Assembly (NCBI GenBank): GCA_013239625.1
Contig: MU054220.1
Span: 8,901,367-8,965,366, forward strand
DNA length: 64,000 nucleotides
From: Lama guanicoe
Lineage: Eukaryota
Direction of reading: 5' to 3'
The notes under the pieces were generated by a model. It worked only from the letters and a program-made list of their open reading frames with translations, had not been told where the DNA came from and made no database searches. The translations under genes and the position numbers were made by a program. Positions 12,850 through 26,989 of the stretch are shown here, one piece after another. How positions within the stretch are numbered: position 1 is the stretch's first letter; each line of letters begins with the position of its first letter.

Positions 12850-13560
12850 TAAAATATAGTGAATACAGAGCCCCTGACACTTAGTAAAGGAACAGACTGT
12901 TACTCAACAATCATATCCACCTGTGTGCTTTTCCCGAACAGAAAATCATCCTTAACCTCAGCCTCCCGAACCCAGGCCACCATTCTTTTGAATTTTATAT
13001 TACATATTCCATTGATTTTATAAGAGTAAAATTGCTTTTGTTTGCGTGTTTCTGAATTTTTTGAATTGAATTAAGGGGTATCATACTAGGGGTAGTTTCC
13101 TGAATTCTTTCACAATATTATGTTATTTATGATTCACCCTGCTATTGCGTGTTTTCATTGCACTACAATAATCTGGGGGTTTTTGCTGAAATACTGTTTA
13201 CTTGCCCATCCTTCTAAAAATCAGCTTTTTAATGCCTTTAATTTTTCTAATTGAAAATGATGCTGCTTTGAACATTCACAGTTATGTCTTCTGGGAAACA
13301 TGGCCATGAGTTTTTCTTAGGGATATGCTGGGAGTATAATTACTGTTTCTTAAGGTATTCAAATGTTCACCTTTACAAGATACTAACATATTCTCCAGGG
13401 CAGCTGCACAAATACACGTGGCCAGTATCAATGTATAAGAGATACTATTAATCCATATTTGAGCCAACTCTTGGTAATGTAAAAATTCTTAACTTGTGCC
13501 AACTATATCAATGTTAAATAGCATCTCTTTGAATTGTTTTGAATTATCCTGATTTTTAAG
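12850..13560 (-). mobile_element. Old L1 (L1M) 3' region
   Basis: 'aatgatgctgctttgaacattcacagttatgtcttctgggaaacatgg...ttcttagggatatgctgggagtataattactg...gccagtatcaatgtataaga'. Confidence 0.6.
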
Positions 13561-15072
13561 AAGCATAAATAAGCAGAGGGCAGATACGATTTAAACAACA
13601 ACAACAAAAAATAAGGACACTAAAAACGTAAGAAAAAAACTAATAAATTCAGTTACCTTATAGCTTAGGTTTAATTTAGGGTTTAGGTTGATGAAAAAAA
13701 AATACTCTGGTGAAAAAGTGAGAACACAAGTCACAAATGGATAAAACATCTGTAAAACCTAATAAAACCCAAATTAATGTAATTCAATATGAATCAATTA
13801 GAAAAAGATAAACAACCTACTAGAAAATATGGGCATAAATATATGAGCAAAGATTTTACAGAAGAAACACAAGTGTCCAATAAACAATGAAATTTATTTT
13901 AGAATGATCAAAAATTACAAACTGTCAATTAACATACAAAGAAGACAATGAAACAATTGAGAAGAAAAAGATGTGCTGTCTATGCAACTTTAAGGAGAAT
14001 GGTCTCAAGCTTCAGTCAATGCTCCAAAAAGATTTTGCCTTACGAAATATAGACACCTACTGAGGAAGGATAAACACGCAGTTCCTAATTCCAAAACTTC
14101 TCAGGGCCTAACCCTCTTCCCTTCTCACACTTATTACCCTCCTCCATTTGAATTTTTGAAATATGCAGGTCACTCCTAACAACCGTGGGCCTCTTCATTG
14201 AAGTAAACACTCCTAACTGGCTTGATTTCAATGAGCCAAGTTTTCAAAGCTTTGCATCAAAGACCTCTGGCATTCAGCACCGGTGAAAGCAGAAGAAAGC
14301 CTGCATGACCGTCTTCCCCAAAGCTCTGTGGATAAGCAGGCCCACACTTTGAGTGAAGCAAGAGCTTGTGAACATGTCACTTTGAGGCAGGCAAAGAGGC
14401 TACCATCAGGAGAAAACCAAAGGACAAAGAAAGAACTGGATACCGGCCTTGCTTTTTGATCATTAATGCTACTGCCTTTTTTCTCCCTTTTAAATAATGA
14501 TCTTTGTGGAAACAGGATTTGATGGTATACCATATTCTTTGAGGCTGTATTTATACCATTTTGTCATTGACACTTTCTGTTCTGCTTAAGAAAGGTAAAT
14601 GTTACACAGGGGAGAATTATTCTAAATTGAGGTTCTTTTCTATCTGAGGAAGAAACCTATTATTGAAGTTCTAAGAGCCTGAAAAATACCATTTAACTAG
14701 TGAATTTCAGAGTAATTCACTTTTTTCTTTTTTGCACTGCAGTTACCCCTAGTATGAATAACTTTAGGTGAAATTTTCTCACTAACTTTAAAGTGATTAT
14801 TTTTCTTAAATACTTTGGAGGAGACAGGTGTCATTTATTAAATATGATGATAAATATATAAAACAAATAATTTCCTAAGTGCTTTGTTAAGTCCTAGCTC
14901 AGTGAATGTTCCTGATTTTTGTGGAGCAATCCCCTTTCTATATATTCTCATAGCAAAATATAACTTGTAACTGTAGTCTATATTAGGGTGAAAATTTCAT
15001 AATTTTATTAAAATTTTTCTATTTGTCCTATTAAAAATTCAAGCTTCTTTAGATAAATAGATAAATTTAAAA

Positions 15073-15465
15073 TTCTGAGTGAAGTAAGCCAGGAAGAGAA
15101 AGAAAAATACTATATGATATTACTTATATGTGGAATCTAAAAAAAAAATTAAAAAAAAAAACTTATTTACGAAACAGAAACAGACTCACAGACATAGAAA
15201 ACAAACTTATGGTTACCTGGGGGGAGCGGTGGGAAGGGATAAACTGGAAGTTTGAGATTTGCAGATACTAACTACTATATATAAAACAGGTAAGTTTATA
15301 CTGTATAGCACAGGGAACTATATTCAGTATCTTATAACTTATGGTGAAAAAGAATATGAGAATGAATATATGTATGTTCCTATGTGACTGAAGTATTGTT
15401 CTGTACACCAGAAACTGACGCATTGTAAACTGACTATACTTCAATAAAAATATATTTTAAAAAAT
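15073..15465 (+). mobile_element. 5'-truncated L1 3' end (cetartiodactyl/camelid type)
   Basis: ORF2 end 'ctgagtgaagtaagccag...atatgatattacttatatgtggaatcta', 3'UTR 'acagactcacagacatagaaaacaaacttatggttacc...ctgtatagcacagggaacta', ending 'gactatacttcaataaaaa'. Confidence 0.9.
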
Positions 15466-16682
15466 ATGTTTGCAACTGCACCAGCTTCTCTTGAGAGTGT
15501 ACTCATTTCTATCAGGCACTTAGTACATAATTAGCCATTCAGTAAACATTCATTCAATGAATATATGAAGTAAATACAATTATTTTAATCCCTCTTCAAA
15601 ATGTCAGGTCTTGAACATTTTCATAGGGCCTTTGTGTTTTCTCAAAATTCTCTTAGCCAGTGAAACAGTTCTACTGCCTTCAAACCTTACATACACAGTA
15701 TTTTTCAAGTCTCTACCCTACACTGGCATTTATTGAAGGATATGAATGAACCAACTGGAGCCCAGTTATTTTCGAGTAATATCCTGCCTACACTTCTCAG
15801 TTTGATGTTGGCCACCTATGTGATTACCATGCCCTTAATGTCTTTCTGGAAACCATTGAAAAGTGAAATGAGGTCATACCCGCTGCCCAATTAGGCATAC
15901 AATTTAATCTGTATTTGTGTTATGAGAAGTCTTTTAACTGATTACATTACACCTAAGTATATTGTGACACACATAACATTTATCAAACACTTTACTGAAA
16001 CTCTATAGCTTTTTCCCAATGGACCCATTTGATGACATTGTGCAAGAGGGAAGAAAAAAAAAAAACTGTTGGAATCAGTTTTCACTGATTCATTCTGAGT
16101 TCTAGAGATCTCTGTTTCTCTTTTTATTTTAACAACTTAATCTTTAAAAATTGTTTCTGTTAACCAAATTCATCAAACCATGATCAGAAAAGCCCACAAT
16201 TTCTCTCTCTTAAGGAGTCAGGAGATCTTATCGTATACACTATTTTATTCTTATTCTATCACCGAATGGTTTTTAGATTATTAAATGACTAAACTCAGCC
16301 TTTAGTCTCTTTCATGTGTTATAAGCAACACAGTACTCGCGACTCTAAGTTATATTACTATAACCAACCTCTTTATATACCATTGTCTTAAATTTCTCCC
16401 TTTCAATATCTTCCTACCTTTCAAAGTTAGAAAATAATTCTACTTAACGATAATCTGGAAGCATAATAGGAAAAAAAGAAAGAAGTTGTGCTCTAAGATG
16501 AATTATATCCAGAGGTTGCCTCATACCTGTTTAGGTTTCTTAGATGATGAAATGTGGAACTTTTGGGCTTATAAGATTTAGATAATATTTTGTATAATTC
16601 ATTGAGATTCCGGAGGGGTTCTCGGAACAAAGTAAATGTACTTTGTAAGTGGGCTGGATATGAATCCTTGGGAGGCAAGTGT

Positions 16683-17198
16683 TGTAATGTTAAGTACAAC
16701 AATAACCCCCCTCCCCAAAGACGACCACATCCTAATTCCTGGAACATGTAAATAGGTATAGAGCAGAGGGAAATCAAGGTTGCAGATAGAATTAAGGCTG
16801 CTCACCAGCTGACCTTGGAATGGGATATTGTCTTAGATTATCCAAGTAGGGTCCATGCAATCACAAGGGTCCTTACAAATAGAAGCGGGAGACAAAGGAT
16901 AGAGAACCAGAGAGAATGCAGTGTGAGAAAGATCCGGCCAGATGTTGCTGGCTCTGAAACTGGAGGAGCTGGACCTTAAACCAAGGGATGGGAGCCATCT
17001 CTAGAAGCTGGAAAAGATAAGGAAACAGATTCTCCCCTAGGGCCTTCAGAGGAACTCAGCCCTCACGGCGTGATGACTTCAGTCCAGTGAGACCAATTTT
17101 GAACTTCTGATCCCCAGAACTGTACAATAATAAATTTGTGTTGTTTTATGACATCAAGTCTCTGGGAATTTTTTACAGCAGTAGTAGAAATTAATACA
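16683..17198 (+). mobile_element. MaLR solo LTR (MLT1D/E-like)
   Basis: 'ccccaaagacgaccacatcctaattcctggaacatgt...ctagaagctggaaaagataaggaaacagattctcccctag...ttacagcagtagtagaaattaataca'. Confidence 0.85.
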
Positions 17199-18819
17199 TC
17201 CATTATTTTCCAACATTTAAAACCTTTTCTTTAACTTTGCCCCTTTAAACTCACTCCTGATTTTTTGTCTTGCCGATACTATTCTCAGGGACTTCTTAGA
17301 AGCCTGTTATACTGTTTTCTACAGATTCCGTATTATTTGACAAATTTTAATTTCCTAGCCCTTCCTCTTGTCTTAAATCAGGTTATAAAAATAACAAAAT
17401 GAACAAGAAGAACAAAATGTGGAAGAGTAGAAAGAGAAATGAGGACAGTATAATTTATTTTTCAGGTCTGAAATATATTTTCTATCAAGCATGTTTTTAA
17501 AGACATCTATAGAAAATGCTTCACTTATAATAAGTGTATAGGATATTTCACATAATTGAGAACTATTTTATTTTAAATTATAATAAATTCATCTAATGCA
17601 ATTTCACACTCTTGAGCACGTGTCTTACCAAGACCTCCTATATACCAGCCACTCCCCCAATTCAAGTAGCATGGTATCATCAAGTATAATGAACCAGTAT
17701 GATAGTCTGTAAAATGCCCGGCTGTCCCAAAGGTCTTTAAATAATCTCACATCTCAGCAAGAATATAAATAGAGACCTGGAATTAGATAGATGGTCAGTT
17801 TATATTTTTGTCTTTTCCAACTAAGTACAAACAGTTTTGGATTCTTTATTCTGAGAGGGATGGATAAGAATACATTTGCCAGATTAATAGCTACTTACCA
17901 TTCACCTGAGGCTGTCTTAACCTGCTCTATCAAAAAGACCACATCTGGCAGAGCAGCTGCAATTAGAAGTGTTCCTTAGTTAGATTTGCATCAATCCTCT
18001 GATATCCTTTAATATCTGTACTGTTTGCGAAGCCCCAGATTGGTGAACTAGTTAGAAATAAGATGTGGACCAACACACATGCATCCTTTAGTTCTTGACG
18101 GGCAGCACTAATTATGCCAGTTTCCCAGGGAAGGGAGCAGTTTCATAGTCTTCCTTTGTCCTTTTCCACTATGACGGCTCTTACTCCGTAGGCTAAAAAA
18201 CAATATAAGGGTTGTGCCAGCTACAAAGTATGTCTATTCCAACTCTACACTCAGATCATACGGAAATTGACACTTTAAGACATTGGGAACTGTCCCTAGA
18301 CCAGGACTCCCTCTTTCCCTACTTCTAAGGGCACATACAAATGATTCCTCAGGCCCCTGATTACCACACCTACACAGACCCAAGTCCAGGCGTTTGGATA
18401 TTCCCGTGTCCACAGCGTATGGACAATCACAGACCTCTTCAGGGTTCCAAACTATCTTAAAATTGGAAACTGGGCAGGGGATTGTGACATTTTATTGGGG
18501 CAGCTCTTCTCACTCTCCTGATTGCACGTATTAGTTAACTGTGATTGCATTAATTGAGCAGTACTCCTAATGTCTGCCTGTCTTTTGTTTTGCCCTAGGA
18601 GTACAGTGTTTTATGAACCATCTCTGTAACTCTCTCAAGGTCAGCCCACTCCACCTCAGAAGGCATTCTGACCTTGACACTCATTCGAAAACTACCTCCA
18701 CTTGCTTTCTAATTGCAGAGAACTACACAGCCACTGGCCTGCCTTCTTTCAGAGTCCTATCATGTCCATATTGGGAGCATTAATACAGATGTCCCCACCC
18801 TGTATGTGCTGCATTCTTG

Positions 18820-19505
18820 CTTCCAATTAAACTTCTAAGTAGTCTAAGCGACCTCATTATCTCTCAACCAGACTGTTCTGTCTTCTTTAAAGTTCTTATA
18901 CCTTCCCAACCACTCTAGCCTTTTCTGTTTTATTCAGAACGTAATATCTAGGATGGTCTTTTGAAGATCCAAATCAGTGTTGTTTATGTTTAAAAACTTC
19001 AAAGCTTTTTCAGTGTTCTTAGAGAGGAAACCCTTAATATGAACTCAAAAGTCTGAGTGGTTGGAACATATTCTGTATCTTTCCAGCCTCATCTCTTGTC
19101 ACTTATCACTTTCCTCTCTGGCCTTCAGCAAAATTAGCTTATTTTTATTCCTTCTCCATTCCTCCAGTTTGCAGGTTTTTGAAAATGCTGTTTACATTGC
19201 ATAATGTTCTCCATCCATTCGTAGTCAAATTCTACTCATTTGTCAGATCTCAGTTCAAATATCTACAATGCAGTGGGATTATTCCCTGAGATCTCAGACT
19301 ATGACAAATCCTCTTGCTGCATATTCTCAAAGAGTTCTAACTGTATCTGTCCAATTGGGGTAGGGGAGAGTAATTACATTGTTAAATGTGTCTACCTTGT
19401 TACACTTTAAGATCCAAGAAGGTAAATGCTGCATCAGTCATCTCTAATACTCTTACTCAGAGTGACTAACAGTAAATAGTCAATAAAGCACCTGTTGATT
19501 GAAAG
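18820..19505 (+). mobile_element. L2 LINE 3' portion
   Basis: 'ctcattatctctcaaccagactgtt', 'tccagcctcatctcttgtcact', 'ttctactcatttgtcagatctcagttcaaat', ending 'caataaagcacctgttgattgaa'. Confidence 0.65.
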
Positions 19506-20969
19506 GTATTCTTTTTGGTTATTAAATAACTCTCTGTCTCTCTGTCTCTTCCATCACTATCCTCCCCACCGCAGCCCTCCCAGTAGGGTATGTGTGTGTG
19601 TGCGCATAGGGGAAAAGAGAGAGACAGAAATAGAGAAACAGAGAGACAAAGATGGAGGGAGGTGACTAAAAAGTGATTTTCATCATATTCAAGATTCTTA
19701 TTTATTCTAAAGTTCTGAGCCTGTCATTTGATTATCAATGATTTCATTCAACATTTTCCATACTTCATTTAATTTAAAAATATTGCAGGACAAAAGTATT
19801 AGTATCTTTTCCTTCTTTGGGGAGTCCCACAATACTTAATTACTTTCACATATTTGAACTTTACTCTCAGAGTAAAACCTTGTGAAATCAGAGCTTATAA
19901 ATAGTAGCCCCCATGAAAATGGCCTTTATCTAGCTCTACAATATACTCTTCTCAACATTAAAAATCTGTCTTGCAGTTAAGGAAAATATCTCCAAAAATA
20001 CCACTGCGATGAAACAACGATGCAGTGCTACCAAGATGCATTATACCATGAAAAGCAGCTCCTTAATTTGTATTTATGAGGTTCTGAAATTATTCCTCCA
20101 CTGAAGATAACGTTTCAGCAAATTACAAGGTCGCTTGTTATTTATGTTTTCAGGCGTGGAATTGCTCTCTCACTAGAAATGGCAGTCTGCAGACCCCAAA
20201 GTTATACTTTCATCACATTTGTTAAAACTAATTTTGATAGATTCCAACTTTTTGACCCTGTAAATGAATTCTGTCAAGCTAGAAAGTTCAAATTACACCC
20301 AAATCTGAGGGTTGGGGCACAACAGGAGGAAAAAAAGAAGTGAAATTATGGGGCCACATGCAGCAGAGCACAACCTGGAATATCAGGGGCCTTCAGTTAG
20401 TCCAGCCAGAATCTCCTACCTGCTGGGCTGTTCATGGGTGCAACAGTTCTCAGGTCAGCTGCTCACAACTGGGTTACTCCCCTCTTTCCTAACTGCTCTT
20501 CTAGGAGTGTGATGCAGATAAGATCAGAAATATTCTAATTTAGAATACAGTTTGGTTTAGAAAGCATAGCTCTAACTCTCAGTCCCCATTACAAATTAAA
20601 TTCATTTACCACTTTGACTTTCTTTTTATAGAAGTTGCTGAGTTCTTGGGATCACAAGCCAAAGCTTTGAGTGTATTTCCCAAACATTCGTTTTATCAAA
20701 ATATATTTTTTAAAAATATGCTCTCTCGATATGTAGCTAATTGGTTAAAAAAAAACTCACCTAACTTACCTCCACTCCCTGATATATTTATATATCAAAG
20801 TAAGTGTTTCTGCGGTTGATTGACACTGCTACTGGGTCTACTATTATTCCTATTTTTATCACTACTATTACTTTTTATTACCACAACTGTTATTGTTGCT
20901 CTTATTGTGTATTTCCATCTTCTGATTATTTTATAGTGAATAACTGTTGTTCCCAACTCTAAAACAATG

Positions 20970-21135
20970 CTTTAAAAAATACTAATTTTCTGTTTTACTG
21001 ATGAGAATACTGACTTAGAGTTGCTAAGTTTGCTGATCAAAGTTATTCAACTAATTAATGCTGGAACAGGGAGTAGAACTCATACAATTCAAATTCCTAA
21101 ACCTGAGTTGTTCTAACTAGCATTCTATACTGTTT
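20970..21135 (-). mobile_element. MIR SINE
   Basis: 'tgttttactgatgagaatactgacttagagttgctaagtttgctgatcaaagttattcaacta'. Confidence 0.6.
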
Positions 21136-23921
21136 GCCTGATTTGGACATGCACATAGTATCCCGCATAGACTAAAGTTCATTTAGAAACAAAAACAAGA
21201 AAATCATTCGACGGCAGTATTTTATTTCTTATGGGGATGGACAAGATGTTTCCTTTAACTCCTGTGATTTGAATTGTTCCAGGCCAAGACTGATGTTATA
21301 AAATCTCAGGTAAGAAAAAGGGCCTTTATTTCATTTCTCTGATACGTTCTCGGGGAGGCAACTCTATATGTGCTTGACCTTTTCAAGGTTCTGCAGTTTG
21401 ATTGGATGGCTGCCTCCGTTATCACCTTTTACAACCTCTGCTTCATGTGAGAAATCAGAGTGGACTGGGGAGCCAATCAAATATGGAATATTGAAAAGGT
21501 TACAGCAGTGCTGCAGACTACAAGCTCTCCTGGACCACAATGGTTATTAACATTCCGGAGCCTCATTCCAATGACAAAGATTGTAATAAGAACAGATGAG
21601 GCCGAGGAGTGAATTTTATCCTTTTGACAATGATCAGATGGGAGATGGTTGAATCTGGAGGTCTGCCGGAGCCATTCTTCCATTACCGCACTGCCTGTTT
21701 ATAATCCTGTGCATCGACTTCAGTGTCGTGAACGGGGGGTCATGTTGACATAAATCAGGACCAGGGGTGCATCTTCTTGCACATTGCTCTGGGCCCTGCT
21801 TTACTATTATAATTGCCTTTTTCTGTGCTTTCTCTCCCTTGTCCTATTTCTACGTGGCATTTAAAAGTGAAATTGGCTTTTGAAATATTGGCTCCTTTAT
21901 TTTTCATTAGGACACAGACTCCCTAAAAGAGTCAACCAGAAATGCCATGAAGTGTTTAGTAGAAGAGTATCTTAAAGTTTTATTAAATACATAATCAACT
22001 TTACTATTGAAAGTAATATATGGTATTGAATTCAAATGGCAGGGCTAGGACCTGAACTGTTACATGAAGTCTAACTTTATTACTGGTAAATTTACTGCAT
22101 TTATTTATTTTGGACAAAGCCTATCACTGGGGCTATTTTTATATTATAGATTTCCTAATAAACTTTGTTAAAGGAGTCTTCTGTTTGCTTGCTTTCACTT
22201 TTTAGCTCCTTTTATATTTCCAAATACTTTAGAAAATGCCAGGGGACCAGCATTTCATGAACATATGGAATTATATTGGCATTGTTGTATATTTGTTAAA
22301 TGGAGATGACAAAATACATATATTTTTAGACATTAAATAAAACTCTAACACAATATATTAGGGTTACCTATATATTTCAATGGATGTGGATATTTAGATG
22401 TTTGATTAAAAGGAGAAGAACCAAAGATTTCACAACGTTCAGGAAAACAACAGGGCTTGGAAATAAGCAACTGTGCACAGGAGTGTTTTTTCTCCATATA
22501 ACAAAACAATTTACTGCATCCCTAGGAAAGAAAACATGTTTTTCTGATTAAATTCTTGATGCAATAAATCTTGCATCTGTCATCTATTCACAGCAGCTTT
22601 GAAAAAGAAGAAAAATAAAAAGGTACTTTCTTTCCTTCCCTTACAGCTTTAATTAAAGGTCAGTTCAGATTTTCACAAGCAACTCTCTCTGATGTTTTCT
22701 CATCTTGGTGGATATATGAATGTCCCACCGCTATGCCACAAAACCTGCTGCCTGGGGCTTGGATCTGCCCTGTTGTCATCTTCACATCACTGGGAATCTC
22801 CTTTTAAATTGATGGCATCCTAGTGTGTGGATGGTACACAGAACTATGCAAGGCAGAGCAAGAGCTAAGCCATCTGGCTGTGAGAGCTGCTTTCATAAAA
22901 TAAGAAGGAAAAAATAACTGACCATTAAATAGGAATATTTCACCTTCAGAAGTCCTAATAAGAAAAGAAAAAAGTTTTATGCTTGTCTCTACTTACACTA
23001 TTAATCCCGATTAATTCACTGAACTCTTCACAATAAATTCAGTGATAGGGTTGACTCAATCATTCCTCTTTCAGTTGGTTTGTATTCCTCCCTAAAACAT
23101 GTTTCACGCTACTCTAGACATTTTAATTTAATTCTATCTGATAGAAGTTTATCCACAATATTTAGTAAGGGTCTACTGAACCATATATATGCATAGCATC
23201 TCTGTTGGGCAGCTTGACACAGCTGCTAAACTACTACACCCAGCCCTGCCACACCAAGAGGCCATCCCATAAAAGAACATCCAGGGTTATGCACAGAATG
23301 TCCGAAAGCTCACAATCACTGGCCCTTGTGTAGTGTTAATAATTCTCTTGATCACCAGTTTTTCCACATTTGTTTCCACCCACTGAGGCAAAACTTTGTT
23401 TTCTCAACTTGATCTGTTTTTTCCTTTTACCTATGATTCAGATAATCCACCAGAATTGTATATACACTGTATGATTTAAGTGGCTAAAAACAGCTCAAAT
23501 TGACAGGAAAAAAAAAAAAGGAAATTGGGGTTATTAGTTTCTTTGTTGAGCTCTGAAAAATGACACCAGAATTTTTTTTTTTCCCTGTCTCCACCTCTCA
23601 CCAGAGTTTTCCTCTGTTTCACTTTGTTCTCTAGTAAGAGCCTTCCATACGGGGGAAAATATGGCTATCAATTACTCAAGCATCATATCTCATAAACTTA
23701 GTAAGTCCAGGAGTAAGAGCGTCTAAAACATTGTTCTGACAAAAGCAATGAGAATTTATCCTACTTGTTTAGTTTGGTCACAGATTCCCTCCAGGACTTA
23801 CTACTATGGTCAGCAAGCCGGATATCTCTAACTTCTCAGTCTGTGTTACACGTTTGATCCACAGATTAGGGTTATAAGCATAGAGCCAGCCACACTACAT
23901 GACTAAACTGGGAAAGGATGA

Positions 23922-24405
23922 CGTGACAGACTGAAGAGCGACCTCCCCCTTTACAGAGATGTCCACGTTCTAATCTCCCCAAATCTGTGAATGTTTCTTA
24001 CCTTACATGAGAAAGGGGACTTTGCAGATGTGATCAAGCTAAGGCTCTTGGAATGGAGACATTATCCTGGATCATCTGGATGGGTCCAACATAACCAGTC
24101 CGTGTCCAGTATAAAAGGGAAGTAGGAGGGTCAGATTCACAGAAGGAAACCTGATCATGGACGCAGTAGTCAGAGTGATGCCATGGCTGGAAAGGGTCTG
24201 GGAGTCAAGGAAGGGATGGCGCCTCTATGACTGAAGAAGCAAGGAATGAATTTTCCCCTCAAGTCTTCAGAAGGAACTCAGCCCAATGCAGACTTGGATT
24301 TTAGCCCACTGAAACTTACATTGCACTCTAGAAGTGCAAGATAACATTCGTTTTAAGCTATTAGGTTTGTTGTAATTGCTTACAACGGCAATAAAAACCT
24401 AAAGA
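23922..24405 (+). mobile_element. MaLR solo LTR (MLT1D-like)
   Basis: 'agatgtccacgttctaatc...ctgtgaatg...ccttacatgagaaaggggactttgcagatgtgatcaagctaagg...gtaattgcttacaacggcaataaaaaccta'. Confidence 0.85.
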
Positions 24406-24977
24406 TGCTGGGCAGAAACAAACATGCATTCATTAAGTTGGGGGAGTATCTCTTGTGCTGACTGTTTGACAAAATGATTCTAACTTTAAATTGTCCTTAA
24501 TACCAGATAAATTATAAACCCTTTAAGAGTTGGCACTATATCCAGATCACGACTGTATCTCTCCCAGCAACTTAGCCCCTGGTCCAGCACATAAAATGCT
24601 CATTGAATATCTACTGAAATGAATTTATTTGACATCACATAATCGCATCTGCAGTAAAAATGACAGTAATACTTCTTGAGTTTGTTTTCAGCATAGTGGG
24701 GAACAGGTGTCAAACACCGAGTTTGAAAGATATGTCTGAAAAAGAAACCAGCAGAGCGTGAGACAAACAAAACTTAGGTAGTATAAAAGATCATGCCCTG
24801 AAAGCAAATCGGACCAGGATTCAAGACAGAGTCTGGTACCCAGCGCCATGTAAGCATCCCTGAGCATCCTTGGGTTGGCTTCTTCACAGTTAAGAGTAAG
24901 ACAGAATTACATTTAGACAGACAGCCAAGAAGCACACACAACGTCGTGGTGGAGTGCAAGGAAGGCTGTATGAAGCT

Positions 24978-25136
24978 GGTTCTCAGTGTGGGTGGCTATT
25001 TCAGAGCACACATTTCAGATGACAGAGAACCACCTACAGACATGACACTTCAGAGGAGTCCCTGGAATCTGCATTTTAACAAGGATCTCAGCAGCTTTTG
25101 ATCCAAGTGATCGCTGGATGACTTCTATGAAACAGT
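24978..25136. mobile_element. MER5-family hAT-Charlie MITE
   Basis: 'ggttctcagtgtggg...ccctggaatctgcattttaacaag'. Confidence 0.5.
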
Positions 25137-25409
25137 GCCATGAGGCCATGGCAGGGAGTGAGAGGAAGATCACACAAGGAGGTTTGTCCCAAACACGGAA
25201 ACCGATCCAAGTGATCGATTCAGTGATCTAGATGAGAACTCCAAGCTGGTGGGGCAACTGGGGCTGTGAAAACGAGGTCATGATGCTGAGGCCACTAACC
25301 TTCTGCCCAACCCCCAAATTTGAGATTCTCTTTCCACCCCAATAGGACAGACCCAAGGACAGAAGTTAAACTTCTAATCAGGAATTCATGACAGTAAAAA
25401 CTTTGCTGA

Positions 25410-25562
25410 TGGCGTAATCCACGGATCGGTTTCATGAGTATCATTTGGGAGCTTATTAGAAATGCAGAATCTCAAGCCACACCCCAGCCATACGAAACGG
25501 AATTTACACTTTAACCAGCAGTATAAGTGATCCATATGCACATAAAAATTTGAGAGACACAG
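25410..25562. mobile_element. MER5B (hAT-Charlie MITE)
   Basis: 'atcatttgggagcttattagaaatgcagaatctcaagccacaccccagcc...tgatccatatgcacataaaaatttgaga'. Confidence 0.75.
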
Positions 25563-26989
25563 ATTAGTAAGCTGCTCAGCTCCTTCCATTATTCAGGCAG
25601 CACAGTTCATCAGCCACTCTCCTGATTGTTGACAGGGTGAGTGAACGAGATCTCTAATACAAAAAGGGAATTGACAAGGCTTATTAACTATTTATTAGGA
25701 TTATGAATATTAAATATTAAATAGAATGAAATACACAACTCAGGAAAGCATAGTAATTGTAGGATCCTGCTCCCCACGCCCAATCATGTTTAGCACGTAT
25801 CAGAATGAATAGGTTGAAGGTCCATACATCTAAAGGAGTCTCTTCCTACATTAATGCCATAAGTCTGGCTAATTGCTTTAGGACAACCCAGCTCTTTCTC
25901 CGTATCTTCCTTGCAAATATTAATCTTTTACTCCTCAGAGGAATTCACATTCTCCTCTTGTCTGTAAAAGTTTGATAACCTGAAATTTCCAATAACTAGA
26001 TCTTGCAGCCCCTCTCCAAGTGTGAAATGTTAAAAAGACCTCCAGGGATGTCATTTGGTCTGAATGTCGTAAAGAATATATATACTTTAGAAAGACAGAT
26101 ATCAAAACACCTGCTGTACACTGGGAAGAAAAGGCTTCTGTGATCTATCTACCCATCTGTCTATCTCTATACCTGGGTCAAATTATAGTCCTTTGAAGAA
26201 TCTGAGATATTGCCTTGCTCTGTCTGAGAATCATGCCTTCAGGATGATAATAAAAATTCATTAGCTACTGTGAATTGACTTTGTTTCTGCCTTTTCTAGG
26301 TAGCTTTGGACCCGTGGGAATGGACAACTACTACGACGAAACATCCCAAACTATAACAACTCTTTAGTTTAATTTCATAAAACGGCTCAGTGAGTTCTAA
26401 GGAAAATGTCCTGAAAAGTCTTGATAATGAGATAAAGGTAAATGTGAGGTGAAATATTGCTGCAAGAAAGATGTTTCATTTTGACTCATGAAGTGAACAC
26501 TGGGATGGGGAAAACTGGGGAGAGGATCAACACGTGAAGATAAAAATAATAGTCTTGGCCTCAAGACAGCAGCAATGTAAAAACAAACAAACAAAAAACC
26601 CTAAATATTTAAATACAACAGAAGGCAGAATCAGAATGAACTTGATACTACAGAGAGTATTCTTTTAAAGAATTACTCTGGCAAAATAATGAAGGGAAAG
26701 ATTAGTTTGTAAAAGACATCTTATAAGGCTTCACAGACATAGAATTTATAACCCAATATAAATTCAAACAGGTAGAAAATGGAAGAACAAACAACACAAG
26801 AGAAAACTCCAAGACATGAATGTCCCTGCCTGTTTGGAAAATGTATGGAGAATGTATGTATCTATAACTGTATACAGAAGCTAAATATAATGAGAAGTTA
26901 CATGAAAGAACTTCTGTTAATCAATTATATGATGTATTATTAGTAATGAGATGTAATAATTATATTTATTCAATGAAATTAATGTTTGG

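Noticed and set aside
14228..14533. Open frames on both strands suggesting a possible exon
   Set aside because: No recognisable protein similarity and no convincing splice-site pair.
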